Assembly: GCA_021819585.1 (NCBI GenBank)
Contig: JAKAQS010000001.1
Span: 1 to 53,221 of the forward strand
Origin: Acidobacteriota bacterium
GTDB lineage: Bacteria > Acidobacteriota > Terriglobia > Terriglobales > Acidobacteriaceae
Direction: 5' to 3'
DNA: 53,221 nt
In this document: one piece after another, positions 26,452-37,351 of the stretch
Position numbering within the stretch: the stretch's first letter is position 1
How the letters are laid out: every line of letters begins with the position of its first letter
The notes under the pieces: model-generated
Told to the model about the DNA's origin: nothing
Seen by the model: only the letters and a program-made list of their open reading frames with translations
The model's database searches: none
Position numbers and translations under genes: made by a program

Positions 26452-27168
26452 CTAATAGCGAAAGTAGAAGCCGGCCGTCGGCTCATAGGTGGTGGTGTGC
26501 TTCAGAATGAGGAAGTAATTTTGTCCAAAATCAGGGGCCAGAAAGAACAACTGGCGGAAACCGAAGTTCAGGCCGAACTTGTGACTCAAGTCCTTCTGAA
26601 AGGACATCGAGTAGTAGTAGGTCATTCGCGCCTTTTCCTGCTGCTCTTCGCCTCCCAGGGGTGTTGGTTTGAAGGCCATCGGTCCAAATCCTGCGGAAAA
26701 GATCGGTTGCAGGCCGTCGATGGTATAGGGGATTTCCACCAGATATCCCAAAGTGTACTCCTCCACATCGGCCTGCACCGGGTAGTCAGCCGTCGGCGTG
26801 GCGCCGATGTTTTGGGTCGCATCGAAGTTCGCGACTGCGGGTCCTTCAAAGTTCTCGTCGTAGCGAGAGAAGCCGTAGTTGAACTGCACGCCGAAGTAGG
26901 GCGTTGCAGGGAAGTCAATCGACATCACCATACCGAAGGTGTTGGAAGGATGCTCGGTCAGGCTCAAGCCCTGGTCGGGGGCGCCAAATCCTGGAATCAC
27001 GTTTCCGGTGACGTTGCTGTTGAAGATGCCGGCGCCCTGAAACGAGAATTCAAACTTCCGAAGTTGTCTTTGGAGTGTGGTGGGTGGAGGCGTCGTCTGT
27101 GCGGATGCCGCCTGGGTGACACCGGCGAACAGGAGCAGGGCAAGAAGTGAAAAGGCTTTGCGAATCAA
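26452..27168 (-). CDS. Outer-membrane beta-barrel protein
   Basis: Signal peptide, alternating aromatic strands, C-terminal PTAGFYFRY. Confidence 0.75.
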   Translation of the reverse strand: MIRKAFSLLALLLFAGVTQAASAQTTPPPTTLQRQLRKFEFSFQGAGIFNSNVTGNVIPGFGAPDQGLSLTEHPSNTFGMVMSIDFPATPYFGVQFNYGFSRYDENFEGPAVANFDATQNIGATPTADYPVQADVEEYTLGYLVEIPYTIDGLQPIFSAGFGPMAFKPTPLGGEEQQEKARMTYYYSMSFQKDLSHKFGLNFGFRQLFFLAPDFGQNYFLILKHTTTYEPTAGFYFRY

Positions 27169-27204
27169 GTCGTGAAGGCTCCGGGCGCGAGATAGCGCTC
27201 CACT

Positions 27205-27639
27205 TTAGTCTAAACCTTTGTTGGTTCTGGCGCGGTGTGCGATTCGGGTAAGAAGGGAGGTTCCTGCGCCCAGCACCAGACCGCATCCTGCGGCGGTGAC
27301 GGTGTGGACCCCTTCTGCCGCCGGAGCCAGCACCAGGTGCATGAATCCGAAGACGATGGCCAGCGTTGCCGCCAAAAGCACCGAGGTCTGGAGGGGGCGC
27401 AGCAGATTCAACAGCAGGAGCGCGATCGCGACCAACACCAAACCGAGGGCTGCCGGGTTCAACTCCCGCTGGCCGAGCGCTGCCGCACCGAGCAGCACAG
27501 CCAGAATACCCGCGGCCAGGCTCCAAATCCATCCCGGGCGGTTCAACTCCAGATAGATCAGAAGCACTCCCAAGGTCACCAGCAGCAGAGCCATGTCGGG
27601 AGAAAGGTGGTGTATCCGATCTAGCCAGAGATGAGCCAT
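27205..27639 (-). CDS. Small membrane protein resembling the NfeD membrane domain
   Basis: Four to five TM segments; LLLVTLGVLLIYLELNRPG motif. Confidence 0.6.
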   Translation of the reverse strand: MAHLWLDRIHHLSPDMALLLVTLGVLLIYLELNRPGWIWSLAAGILAVLLGAAALGQRELNPAALGLVLVAIALLLLNLLRPLQTSVLLAATLAIVFGFMHLVLAPAAEGVHTVTAAGCGLVLGAGTSLLTRIAHRARTNKGLD

Positions 27640-27658
27640 GGTGTACCTCCGCAGACGC

Positions 27659-29398
27659 CTATTGCTGCACCGGTGGAACCGGTTGCCCGCGCTGTTGCAA
27701 CACCAGCTTCAAGGCGATTGCCTGGGAGTCGGTTGGGTCCAGCCGCAGCGCCTGGGAGATGTCCGCCGCGCAGGCCGCCAACTGCTGCTGCGCCAGATCC
27801 AGCCGCGCCAGTACCAGCAGCGCCGCCGAGTTCGGCTTCAAAATCAGTGACGTCCGCGCCTCATCGCGTGCCCTGGCGTCATCCCCGCTGGCCTCGCGCA
27901 GTTGCGCCATTCCGGCATGGGCATCGGCTGAGTTCGGGTTGGCCCGTAGCGCCAACTGAAACTGCTTCTCAGCCTCCGGGAGCAGCCCCTCGGAGAGATA
28001 TTCGCGGCCGGCCTGGGTGTACTCCACCGCTTGTCTGTCGGCAGGCAGCATCGCCATACGCACCGCGCGCATCTGGTCTAGCTGAAACTCCTCCTGCCGG
28101 AAACTCGCCTCCGAGTAACCTCTCTCGATTCTCTCCAGCGGGCTGAAGCCGTTATCGGGCACACCGGTTTTTGGTAAAGTCTCCTGTCCCGTCACCCGGC
28201 CAGTCTCCGCCGCCCCGCCCGCGTCCTCTGTAAGCCGAGTTCCGGGCGTCACTTCTTTCAACTCCGCCGCGAGTTCCTTGGCCTCCTGGTCGTCCGGTTT
28301 CAGGCGCAGGGCCGCCTGTACCTGGCTCTCCGCGTTGGCTGTATCGCCCCGCCGGAAGAGCGCGATGGCCAGGTTGTAGTGGTAATTCTCATCGGAGGGA
28401 TCGAGGCTGGATGCCTTCTCAAACAGAGCGACGCCGTCCTTGCCCTGCCGGCTGATGGCGACAGCCTCGTTGTTCACAACTTCGGGCAGTGGCAGCCGGC
28501 CGGCTACAAAAGCGAACGCTGCCTGGGCTCTGGCATAGTTCGCGGAGTTGAACTCAGCGAGTCCCAGGTAGAAGTTGGCCTCCAGAGCGATCCGTTTGGA
28601 CGGGGGAACCCTGGCCAGCGTGGCGGCCGCCGCCTCAAAGTCGCGTTGCGCATACTGTTCTTTGCCCAGTTCCAGCAGAGCCGCCGCGTAGTTTGGCTCC
28701 AGGGCAACCGCATCCGCAAGACGCTTCAGTTTCTCCGCATCCGTGGAGGCGTTGATCCCGCGGATATAGTCTTCAAACGCCGGCAGGGGCACTGCGCCCG
28801 GAGCCGCGAGAAAGGTCTGCTCGGAGACGAGCAACTGCGGATCCAGACGCTCCGCAACCTTCCAAGCAATCGCGTTCTCCGCATCAAACAGGCGCATCAG
28901 CGCGGATGAGTCATTCACGGGCGGCCAGAGCCGCAGTTGATCGATGGACAACACGCCGGCCTGAATGGTGATATAGCTGTTGGCCGGGCCCTGGGAGGCT
29001 CCCGTTGCCGGGGTGCTCCCGGAGTCCGGACGCACATCGTAGCTGCCGAGGATCACATAGTTCGCATCCAGTTGTTGGGCAATGCGAATCGTGGTTGCGC
29101 GCGTCGGCCGAAAGTCCGCAGGCAGCCCCAGATGCTCATAGGCAAAGACGCGGTCATCGTGGGAGATCGTCAAAAAGCCGGCCGAGTTCAGCCGCTTGTT
29201 CAGCGTATCCGGAATGGAGTCGCCAATCCAGTTCAGCGATTCGTCGCCGGAGTGGTTGTCGAAGGGAAGCACCAGAACCACCCGGCCGCTGGGAGCCGCG
29301 GGTGTCTGTGCGGGTGTTTGCGCCGTTGCCGCTGCGCTCGAAACCACGATCGCCAGAAGAGCGGGAAGCAGGACGCAGGCTTGCGGCAGAGACAGCAT
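27659..29398 (-). CDS. Exported tetratricopeptide repeat protein (TolB-N-like domain + TPRs)
   Basis: Signal peptide, VLVLPFDN motif, many TPR helices; ORF extends to 29422. Confidence 0.82.
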   Translation of the reverse strand: MLSLPQACVLLPALLAIVVSSAAATAQTPAQTPAAPSGRVVLVLPFDNHSGDESLNWIGDSIPDTLNKRLNSAGFLTISHDDRVFAYEHLGLPADFRPTRATTIRIAQQLDANYVILGSYDVRPDSGSTPATGASQGPANSYITIQAGVLSIDQLRLWPPVNDSSALMRLFDAENAIAWKVAERLDPQLLVSEQTFLAAPGAVPLPAFEDYIRGINASTDAEKLKRLADAVALEPNYAAALLELGKEQYAQRDFEAAAATLARVPPSKRIALEANFYLGLAEFNSANYARAQAAFAFVAGRLPLPEVVNNEAVAISRQGKDGVALFEKASSLDPSDENYHYNLAIALFRRGDTANAESQVQAALRLKPDDQEAKELAAELKEVTPGTRLTEDAGGAAETGRVTGQETLPKTGVPDNGFSPLERIERGYSEASFRQEEFQLDQMRAVRMAMLPADRQAVEYTQAGREYLSEGLLPEAEKQFQLALRANPNSADAHAGMAQLREASGDDARARDEARTSLILKPNSAALLVLARLDLAQQQLAACAADISQALRLDPTDSQAIALKLVLQQRGQPVPPVQQ

Positions 29399-29483
29399 TC
29401 CCTCGATTATAGGCGGTCGCACTCGGTCCTACAGGACTGATCCGCTAGAGCGCGACGTGCTGGCGCAGCCGGTTCCGGGGATC

Positions 29484-30764
29484 TCATCGTCTTGCAAAGA
29501 CCTCGCCCATGCGGCGAATCTGGGCTCCGGCGCCGCGCAGTTTCTCTTCCAGGTGCTCGTAACCGCGGTCGATGTGATAGACGCGGTCCAGGATGCTCTC
29601 TCCATCGGCCACCAGCGCGGCCAGCACCAGAGCCGCCGACGCTCGCAGGTCAGAGCACATCACCGCCGCCGACTGCAGCCTGGCGCCTCCGCGCACCGTC
29701 GCCGTCCGGCCCTGCACGGTGATGTTCGCACCCATCCGGTTCAACTCGCCCACATGCATGAACCGGTTTTCAAAGATGTTCTCCGTCACAAGGGAGGTTC
29801 CGTTCGCCTGGGTCGCCAGCGCCATGAACTGCGCCTGCATGTCGGTAGGGAAGCCTGGATACTCCTCGGTGGTGATGTCGCTTGCCGACAGCCGGTCTCC
29901 GGCGCGGACCCGTACGCTCTCCTTGCTCACGTCCAGTTTCACGCCGCATTGCTCGAGCTTTCCCATCACGGCTCCCAGGTGCCCGGGGTTGCAGCCTTCC
30001 ACATGCAGGTCTCCGCCGGTGATGGCGCCGGCGATGAGATAGGTTCCAGCCTCGATGCGGTCGGGGTTGATCCTGTGCCGGGCGCCGTGCAACCTGGCGA
30101 CCCCTCGCACATGAATCGTCGATGTTCCCGCGCCCTCGATCCTGGCGCCCATGGCGCGGAGCAGAGCCGCCAGGTCCACCACCTCCGGTTCACGCGCACA
30201 GTTCTCAAACAGGGACTCCCCATCGGCCAGCGCCGCGGCCATCAGAAGGTCTTCCGTGCCTGTCACGGTAATCTTGTCGAAGACGATATGGGCGCCTTTC
30301 AAGCGGTTTGCCCGCGCCTCCAAATAGCCATGCTCCTGGAGAATGGTGGCGCCCATCGCCTCCAGGCCCTTGATATGCAGATCGATGGGCCGGCCCCCGA
30401 TGGCGCAACCTCCCGGCATCGCCACCCGCGCCATGCCGGTGCGCGCAATCAGAGGTCCCAGCACCAGCGAGCTGGCGCGCATGGTTTTCACGATCTCATA
30501 CTTCGCCACCGGATCGCTGAGCACGGCACAGCGGATCGAGGTCCGATGCTGTGCCCGGCCATATCCCAGCTCTACCTCAGCGCCCATGGACTCCAGCAGC
30601 TTGCGCTCGGTTTCAATATCCCGCACCTGCGGAACGTTCTCCAGGATCACTTCGTCTTCGGTCAGAATCGCCGCGGCCATGCAGGGCAGGGCGGAGTTCT
30701 TTGCCCCCGAGATCTTGATGCTGCCCTGCAGCGGGTTGCCCCCGCGAATCACAAACTTGTCCAT
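29484..30764 (-). CDS. murA: UDP-N-acetylglucosamine 1-carboxyvinyltransferase
   Basis: MDKFVIRGG, SGAKN, MRAS, PGGCAIG.RP (active-site Cys), PGFPTDMQAQ, DLRA, IDRGYE. Confidence 0.97.
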   Translation of the reverse strand: MDKFVIRGGNPLQGSIKISGAKNSALPCMAAAILTEDEVILENVPQVRDIETERKLLESMGAEVELGYGRAQHRTSIRCAVLSDPVAKYEIVKTMRASSLVLGPLIARTGMARVAMPGGCAIGGRPIDLHIKGLEAMGATILQEHGYLEARANRLKGAHIVFDKITVTGTEDLLMAAALADGESLFENCAREPEVVDLAALLRAMGARIEGAGTSTIHVRGVARLHGARHRINPDRIEAGTYLIAGAITGGDLHVEGCNPGHLGAVMGKLEQCGVKLDVSKESVRVRAGDRLSASDITTEEYPGFPTDMQAQFMALATQANGTSLVTENIFENRFMHVGELNRMGANITVQGRTATVRGGARLQSAAVMCSDLRASAALVLAALVADGESILDRVYHIDRGYEHLEEKLRGAGAQIRRMGEVFARR

Positions 30765-30912
30765 GGTTCCAGTGTAGATGTGGGCCCATATGAATGCACC
30801 CCTGCCTCCATAGAGGTCAAGACTATTGCTCCACCCGCGACTTGGCACAGGGCGCCTCCACATCTCGCGCTTCAGAGATGTGGGATTTCAGGCGGCATCT
30901 TCAGTGGTTAAG

Positions 30913-30977
30913 AGAACGGCCTGAATGAAGCGTTCGGCCTGGCCGTTGGTTCTCCGTGTGTAAGGCCGCATGCGCTT
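30913..30977 (-). pseudogene. IS481-family transposase relic
   Basis: Minus strand reads KRMRPYTRRTNGQAERFIQAVL, matching the IS481 RPYxPxTNGKAERFIQ motif around the catalytic Glu; no other transposase sequence adjacent. Confidence 0.7.
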
Positions 30978-30999
30978 TGCAAGATCATCGGCCGCCCAC

Positions 31000-31965
31000 T
31001 CACAGCTCCAGCCGTGAATCCTCGATGGCCAGGCGCACATTGCCGTCCGACTGCTGTAGCCGCCGCACGGCTTCCATCTTATCCACGCTGGCCTTTAGCA
31101 TCACCACAGCGATCGGGATCGACTTTCCAGCCGACTTGATGGTCCGGATCGCCGTTTCGCGGTCGATCTCGCAGACCTTCATCAGCACCCGGATGCCGCG
31201 CTCCACCAGCTTCGCGTTCTTCATGTGAACGTTCACCATCAGGTTGTCGTACACATAGCCCAGCCGGGTCATCGCTCCGGTGGTAATCATGTTCAGAATC
31301 ATCTTCTGCGCGGTCGAGGCTTTCATGCGCGTCGACCCGGAGACGATCTCCGGCCCTACCTCTGCACAGATGGTCATGTCCGCCACTTTGGAGAGGTTTG
31401 AGTTCGCATTGCAGGTGATTGCGGCCGTCTTGGCGCCACAGGTACGGGCATACTCAGTGGCGCCCACAACATAAGGCGTTCGCCCCGAGGCCGACACGCC
31501 GATGACGATGTCCTTGCGCGTAGGCCGGCGGCGGGCGATATCGCGCTGCCCGAGCTCCGGCTGGTCCTCATTGACATCAGAGGCGCTGGCCAGCGCCTTT
31601 GGCCCTCCCGCCATGATGTACTGCACCTGCTGCGGAGCCGTGGAGAAGGTGGGGGGGCATTCGGAGGCATCCAATGCGCAGATCCGTCCTGAAGAGCCGG
31701 CGCCCACATAAATCAGGCGTCCTCCGTCACGCAAGGAGCGCGCCACCGTGTCGATCACCGCGGCAATTTCCGGCAGGGCCTTCTTTACGGCCGCCGCAAC
31801 CTTTGCATCTTCGTGATTGATGATCCGGGCAATCTCGATTGCGGATTTTGTATCCAGTCCCTCGGATGCCTCATTTTGCCGTTCGGTGGAGAGGTTATCG
31901 AGATCGCTCCCCGTACCAACCAAGGTCTGGTCGCTCGGCGTTGAAGACATGGTCATTGTAGCCAT
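31000..31965 (-). CDS. murQ: N-acetylmuramic acid 6-phosphate etherase
   Basis: TE..N, GGRLIYVGAG.SGR, DASECPPTF, SASGRTPYV, GPE..SGSTRMK, N.KL..R. Confidence 0.95.
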   Translation of the reverse strand: MATMTMSSTPSDQTLVGTGSDLDNLSTERQNEASEGLDTKSAIEIARIINHEDAKVAAAVKKALPEIAAVIDTVARSLRDGGRLIYVGAGSSGRICALDASECPPTFSTAPQQVQYIMAGGPKALASASDVNEDQPELGQRDIARRRPTRKDIVIGVSASGRTPYVVGATEYARTCGAKTAAITCNANSNLSKVADMTICAEVGPEIVSGSTRMKASTAQKMILNMITTGAMTRLGYVYDNLMVNVHMKNAKLVERGIRVLMKVCEIDRETAIRTIKSAGKSIPIAVVMLKASVDKMEAVRRLQQSDGNVRLAIEDSRLEL

Positions 31966-32222
31966 AGAATCTCCATCTTTAGTGTAGCGCATCCACTTCG
32001 GATACGGGTCCGATCACCTTTTTTCATATAGTGACGCTACTGGATCGGCCTGCTCCTTAAGCTGAGATCTCTGTTGGGCAAAAGACCCTCAACGAGGAGG
32101 GAGTTCGGCTTGCGGTGGGGAAAGAAGCATGGCGCGAGCTCAACTTTCGCGCAGGTCTTCCTTGCTGATACTCTTTGGGTTTACGCCTTTGAGCCCTGGA
32201 TCTCGGCGAGGCGCCTGCCCCT

Positions 32223-33320
32223 ATGAGAAGAATCTCCCGCTGGACTGCCCGTCTTGCCATCTCCTCTATAGCCCTGTTGCAGCTTTTGCCCAAGGTCTCC
32301 GGGCAGTCTCGGCAAACCGCAGCGGCCGCTTCGGCGGGTCCGGAGGTCACTCTGCAGCAACGGATCCAGCAGAGCGTGAATGCGCGTGCCAAAGCCGGAT
32401 TCGGCCATGCCGCACTTTACGCCATTCAGCTCAACACGATGAAGACCGTAGGGGTGGACTCTGATCTCCCGGTTCCCACCGCTTCGGTCATCAAGCTCGG
32501 CATTCTGTACCATGCCATGGTCGAGATTCGTCTGGGCAAGGCGCGCTGGGACGAGCCCATCGTTCTGCATCGCCACGAGGCCGTAAGCGGCTCTGGAATC
32601 CTCACCTTCCTTGACGCCCCGGTCACCCTCACGCTCAAGGATGTCCTCACCCTGATGGTGATCGTCAGCGATAACACGGCCACCAACCTGGCCATCGACC
32701 GCTTTGGCATCGAACCGGTGAACGCGCGTCTGCAGGCTCTGGGCCTTGAACAGACGCACCTTTACAAAAAAGTGATGGTTCCCACCACGATGCCCATGCC
32801 TGCCGATCAACCCAGGTTCGGGCTGGGCAAGACCACCCCGCGCGAGATGGCCTACCTCATGGAGACCATCGGCCTCTGCCATCTTCACCAGATCGGCACG
32901 GCCAGTCGCCCGGGCGATGCCCGCTTTGCCCCGGTTGACAATGCGGATCGGGCCGTCTGCTCCGTCGCTCTGAACATCCTGAAGAACCAGTTCTATCGCG
33001 AGACCATCCCTCGCTATCTGGAAGCCGTTGACACCACGGAAAACGGAACGGCGATCGCCAGCAAGACCGGCTCTCTGGATGCTGTTCGGAACGACGTCGC
33101 CATCGTGATGGGCAAGACCGGTCCGATGATTCTCTCCATCTTCACCTATGACAATCGCGACCATGGCTGGACGGTGGACAATGAAGGCGAGATAACGATC
33201 GCGCGGATGGCCAGAGACATTGTCGCGGAATGGTCGCCTGCCGGACTCGATGGCAAATACCTTGTCCCTGGGCTGAATCTGCCGGAGTCCTCCACTGAGC
33301 CCTGCCCTCCCGCGCCCTGA
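32223..33320 (+). CDS. Exported serine hydrolase, class A beta-lactamase fold
   Basis: Signal peptide, SVIK (SxxK), SDN and KTG motifs. Confidence 0.85.
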   Translation: MRRISRWTARLAISSIALLQLLPKVSGQSRQTAAAASAGPEVTLQQRIQQSVNARAKAGFGHAALYAIQLNTMKTVGVDSDLPVPTASVIKLGILYHAMVEIRLGKARWDEPIVLHRHEAVSGSGILTFLDAPVTLTLKDVLTLMVIVSDNTATNLAIDRFGIEPVNARLQALGLEQTHLYKKVMVPTTMPMPADQPRFGLGKTTPREMAYLMETIGLCHLHQIGTASRPGDARFAPVDNADRAVCSVALNILKNQFYRETIPRYLEAVDTTENGTAIASKTGSLDAVRNDVAIVMGKTGPMILSIFTYDNRDHGWTVDNEGEITIARMARDIVAEWSPAGLDGKYLVPGLNLPESSTEPCPPAP

Positions 33321-33382
33321 GCCCCGATGAGCTTCGCCATGAGCCCTGGACTTCGTCTAATCTGTAAGCAGGAAGATCGGCA

Positions 33383-34117
33383 ATGGTCCGACCTTCCCGC
33401 CGAAGAGTCCCTCCAACCGTGCCTGAAATGAACTCCTTGCCGACGCCAGATCCGCTCGAGCCAAAACCCCGGTCGGCTCAACCCGCCAACGGGACGGAAG
33501 CCGTCCTGCACCGTACTGCCTGCGGGCCTGAGCAACTCGATGGTGGCCAAACCTACCATGCCGCTACCGGCGATGGTGGCCTGGCTGCTCCGCCGACGTT
33601 CAGGAAGCCCGCCCGTTCCGGTTCTTGGACGCGTGACATGCTGGTCTCGCTGGCTATCTCTCTATTCATCATCCTTTTTCTTTATCAGCCGGTGCGCGTG
33701 GAAGGCACCAGCATGCTGCCACACCTGGAGGATCAGGACCGGCTCTTCATCAACAAGTTCGTCTATCACTTTGAATCCATTCAGCGGGGCGACGTCGTCG
33801 TCTTTCTCTATCCCCGCGACCATACCAAGAGCTACATCAAGCGGGTGATCGCTCTCCCCGGCGACCGGCTCCGCATCGTGCATGGCACGGTCTATCTCAA
33901 CGGCCGCAAGCTCAAGGAACTCTACGTTCCGGCTCGCTTTCGCGACGACCGCTCCGTACCGGAGATGACCATTCCGAAGCAAGAGTGCTGGGTGATGGGT
34001 GACCATCGCAACATCTCCAGCGACAGCCGCGACTTTGGCCCCGTTCCCATCTCGCTGATCTACGGCAAGGCAGCCTTTGTCTACTGGCCGGTGGACCAGG
34101 CAGGAGTGGTCCACTAA
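33383..34117 (+). CDS. lepB: Signal peptidase I
   Basis: TM segment, GTSM (Ser), YIKRV (Lys), GDHR..S.DSR.FG; start may be 33428. Confidence 0.93.
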   Translation: MVRPSRRRVPPTVPEMNSLPTPDPLEPKPRSAQPANGTEAVLHRTACGPEQLDGGQTYHAATGDGGLAAPPTFRKPARSGSWTRDMLVSLAISLFIILFLYQPVRVEGTSMLPHLEDQDRLFINKFVYHFESIQRGDVVVFLYPRDHTKSYIKRVIALPGDRLRIVHGTVYLNGRKLKELYVPARFRDDRSVPEMTIPKQECWVMGDHRNISSDSRDFGPVPISLIYGKAAFVYWPVDQAGVVH

Positions 34118-34275
34118 AACCTTTCCGTGCAGGTGTTACCCGATGCCGCGACCTTTTTGCGCGTCCGCTCCACGGAAGACGCCGCGGCAAGTCCGCTTCG
34201 GGAGACTCATCCACATGGAAAGTCCGGAGAAGAGCCGCGGACAGGAATCGCCGCGGAACATGCGGGCGCCTCGCG

Positions 34276-35028
34276 CTACTTGTAACGCACGATGGCGGCA
34301 AACGTTGCCGGAACCAGACTCGCGCCGCCCACCAGGGCGCCATCAATCTGCTCCTGGGCCATCAGCGCGCTGATGTTTTCAGGTTTGACGGACCCTCCAT
34401 ACAAGATGCGCGTATCCTGGGCAATCTGCGAGCCGCAACAGTGAGCTAGTTCCTGACGAATCATCGCATGGGCTTCGGCAGCGATCTCCGGGGTGGCCGT
34501 GGCCCCGGTTCCAATCGCCCAGACGGGTTCGTAGGCGATCACCAGGCGTTGCGCCTCAGCAGCGGAGACATTGTGCAGCGCCGCTCGCATCTGGGTCCGC
34601 AGAACCTCCTCGGTCTGCGAGTTTTCGCGTTCAGCCAAAAGTTCGCCCACACAGACGATCGGTGTCATTCCATGGCTGATCGCCGCCTTCAACTTCAAGT
34701 TCACCCGCTCAGAGGTTTCATTGAAGTACATCCGCTGTTCGGAGTGGCCCAGCAGCACATGCCGGCACCCAATCGAGAGAAGCATGGTCGGCGACGTCTG
34801 TCCGGTGTAGGCTCCCTCGTTGAGCCAGTGCATATTCTGCGCCCCGGCTCGCACGTTGGTTCCGGCTACGGCTTCAATTACGGAAGCCAAGGAGGTCACC
34901 GTGGGAAGCAGCAGAATCTCATCCCGGTCATGATCCTCCACCAGGGGAAGGAAGGCGCTCACATAGGCGAGCGACTCCTGGGGTGTCTTGTACATCTTCC
35001 AATTTCCGGCAATGATCGGCTTCCGCAT
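34276..35028 (-). CDS. tpiA: Triosephosphate isomerase
   Basis: IAGNWKM, GHSE, AYEPVWAIGTG, YGGSV, GALVGGAS. Confidence 0.97.
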   Translation of the reverse strand: MRKPIIAGNWKMYKTPQESLAYVSAFLPLVEDHDRDEILLLPTVTSLASVIEAVAGTNVRAGAQNMHWLNEGAYTGQTSPTMLLSIGCRHVLLGHSEQRMYFNETSERVNLKLKAAISHGMTPIVCVGELLAERENSQTEEVLRTQMRAALHNVSAAEAQRLVIAYEPVWAIGTGATATPEIAAEAHAMIRQELAHCCGSQIAQDTRILYGGSVKPENISALMAQEQIDGALVGGASLVPATFAAIVRYK

Positions 35029-35253
35029 CTTTCTCCCTATTTCGCTGCAAAGATCTTCCGCACCAGTGTTGTACGGCCGCTGGATTGGCTGAGTGGGTAT
35101 GCTCAGGGAAGGCGCTGTTGCACGCCTGCTCCGGGCAGTGGAACGTAAGAGAAGATGGCCGCGCCAAGGCTGCGCGCGCATCCGGTACGGGCAAAAGCTC
35201 CCTGCATCCGGGCCGCATTCCAGGTCGGCGTCTCTTCCCCAGGCTTCATGAAC

Positions 35254-36465
35254 TTACTTGTCGGTTAGGGCAGCCACACCGGGAAGGATCTTGCCCTCCA
35301 GGAACTCCAGGCTTGCTCCGCCGCCGGTGGAGATGTGGGTAATCTTGTCGGCAACGCCGGAGTGATGCAGAGCCGCCACGGAGTCTCCTCCACCCACAAT
35401 GGTGATCGCGTCATTATTGCGGGCCAGGGCGTTGGCGATCGCATTGGTGCCCTTGGCAAAGGCTGGAAGCTCGGCTACTCCCATGGGTCCGTTCCACACC
35501 ACCGTTGCCGCCTCTGCGATCTCTTCGGAAAAGAGCTTCACTGTAACCGGCCCGATGTCCAGGGCCATCCAATCTTCCGGGAAGGGTCCATCGCCGCTGA
35601 ACACCTGGGTCCGCGCGTCGGCGGCAAACTTGTCTGCAAGCACATGGTCCACCGGCAGCAGGAACTTCACGCCTCGTTCGGCAGCCTTGTTCATGGCGGC
35701 TTTGGCCACATCCAGCTTGTCCATCTCCACCAGGGACTTGCCTGTGGTCTGCCCCTTCGCATTCAAGAAGGTATAGGCCATGCCTCCGCCGATCAGCAGG
35801 GCATCCACCCGGTCCAGAAGAGCATTGATCACTTCAATCTTGTCCGATACTTTGGCCCCTCCGATAATCGCGACAAAGGGACGGAACGGCTCGCTGACCG
35901 CCTTACCCAGATAGTTCAGCTCCTTCTCCATGAGCATGCCGGCGGCCGATTGCGCTACAAAATGGGTGATTCCCTCGGTGGAGGCGTGGGCTCGATGGGC
36001 TGCCCCAAAGGCATCATTCACGTACAGGTCGCACAGCGCCGCAAGCTGTTTGGCAAACTCTGGATCGTTGGCCTCTTCGCCGGCGTGAAAGCGCAGGTTC
36101 TCAAGCAGCAGTGTCTGTCCCGGCTCGAGGTTGTTGGCCATCTCTCCGGCCACCGGACCCACGCAATCGGGAGCAAACGCCACATTCTCGTCGGCATCCA
36201 GTACGCCATCCAGCAGCATTCGCAGACGCGCCACCACCGGGCGCAGGCTCATTGAATCCACCTTTTTGCCTTTGGGCCTTCCCAGGTGCGCCGCCAGAAT
36301 GACCTTTGCTTTGCGCCGCAAAGCGTACTCTATCGTCGGAATTGTCTCGCGAATGCGGGTGTCATCCGTTATCGCGCCCTCTTTGGAGAGCGGCACATTG
36401 AAGTCCACACGAATCAAAACACGCTTGGCGGTAAGATCGAGATCGCGAATGGATAACTTTGCCAT
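35254..36465 (-). CDS. pgk: Phosphoglycerate kinase
   Basis: [43 protein letters not shown]. Confidence 0.98.
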   Translation of the reverse strand: MAKLSIRDLDLTAKRVLIRVDFNVPLSKEGAITDDTRIRETIPTIEYALRRKAKVILAAHLGRPKGKKVDSMSLRPVVARLRMLLDGVLDADENVAFAPDCVGPVAGEMANNLEPGQTLLLENLRFHAGEEANDPEFAKQLAALCDLYVNDAFGAAHRAHASTEGITHFVAQSAAGMLMEKELNYLGKAVSEPFRPFVAIIGGAKVSDKIEVINALLDRVDALLIGGGMAYTFLNAKGQTTGKSLVEMDKLDVAKAAMNKAAERGVKFLLPVDHVLADKFAADARTQVFSGDGPFPEDWMALDIGPVTVKLFSEEIAEAATVVWNGPMGVAELPAFAKGTNAIANALARNNDAITIVGGGDSVAALHHSGVADKITHISTGGGASLEFLEGKILPGVAALTDK

Positions 36466-36857
36466 TGGTAGAAGAATAACTGAACTTGCCCGGAGTTGAA
36501 TAGGTCAATTTCCCGGCGGCTCACGCAAAGGCTCGGTGGCGACAGACGCGAAGGCTCTGCGCGGGAGGATGTCTCTCTCCATTCACTCTCCCTGGCGAAC
36601 TCGCTCCGCGGCATCGCTTGCAAAGGCCGGGGCTTCTCAAAAGCAGTGTGCTTAAACCGACCGCAAGATGCGGCCGGCGGCAGAACCCCGGACGGAGGCG
36701 CTTCCCGGATCGATCGTCCTTCCAGTAGAACTCCGCTCTTGTTTGCCCCGGGGGTCTTGAGCGGGATGCAGCGTGGACGCAGCGTGAGGATCGCGCCGGC
36801 TTCTTCCCCAGTTCCCAATCGCCATCTTTCCGGGCGGCGCTCCCTTGTGATCCTGCT

Positions 36858-37229
36858 TCACGACTCGATGATGGCCTCAGCCTCCATCTCGACTCTCCAC
36901 TTGGGATTCAGCAGTGCGGCCGCCACCATCGTCGAAGCCGGCATAATCTTGCCGAAGACCTCACCATGGGCGCGTCCTACCTCCTCCCAGTCCTCAGCGT
37001 GAGCCAGAAAGATTCGCGTCCGCACCACATCTTCAAAACGTGCGCCGGCCTGTGCGAGCGCCTTTCCGATCAGGCCCAGCACCACGCGGGTCTGTTCGGC
37101 CGCCGACATCTCCTCGGCCCCTACCGGTCCTGTGCCGGAGACATGCACCACCCTGCCCACTCGCACAGCGCGCGAAAATCCAATCACCGGCTCGTAAGGG
37201 GATGTTCCAGCAATATTTGTCCGCTCCAT
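36858..37229 (-). CDS. RidA/YjgF family protein
   Basis: GFSRAVRVG, VSGT, VVRTR, PAST, VEMEAEA. Confidence 0.9.
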   Translation of the reverse strand: MERTNIAGTSPYEPVIGFSRAVRVGRVVHVSGTGPVGAEEMSAAEQTRVVLGLIGKALAQAGARFEDVVRTRIFLAHAEDWEEVGRAHGEVFGKIMPASTMVAAALLNPKWRVEMEAEAIIES

Positions 37230-37351
37230 TTTGGCCTTCCTATCCGGCTACCCACGTCTGGCCCCGATCGTCTCTCCCAGAGGCAAGAGGCTCCGCCCCG
37301 CCATGAAAGATAGCGTCCTGCCCATTTCCGAACTCCTGCGAGCCTGGATAC

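Noticed and set aside
30405-30430. Fosfomycin-resistant MurA variant
   Set aside because: The active-site Cys is intact (PGGCAIG).
29196-30911. 571-aa plus-strand ORF
   Set aside because: Antisense shadow of murA; no recognisable motifs; expected in high-GC DNA.
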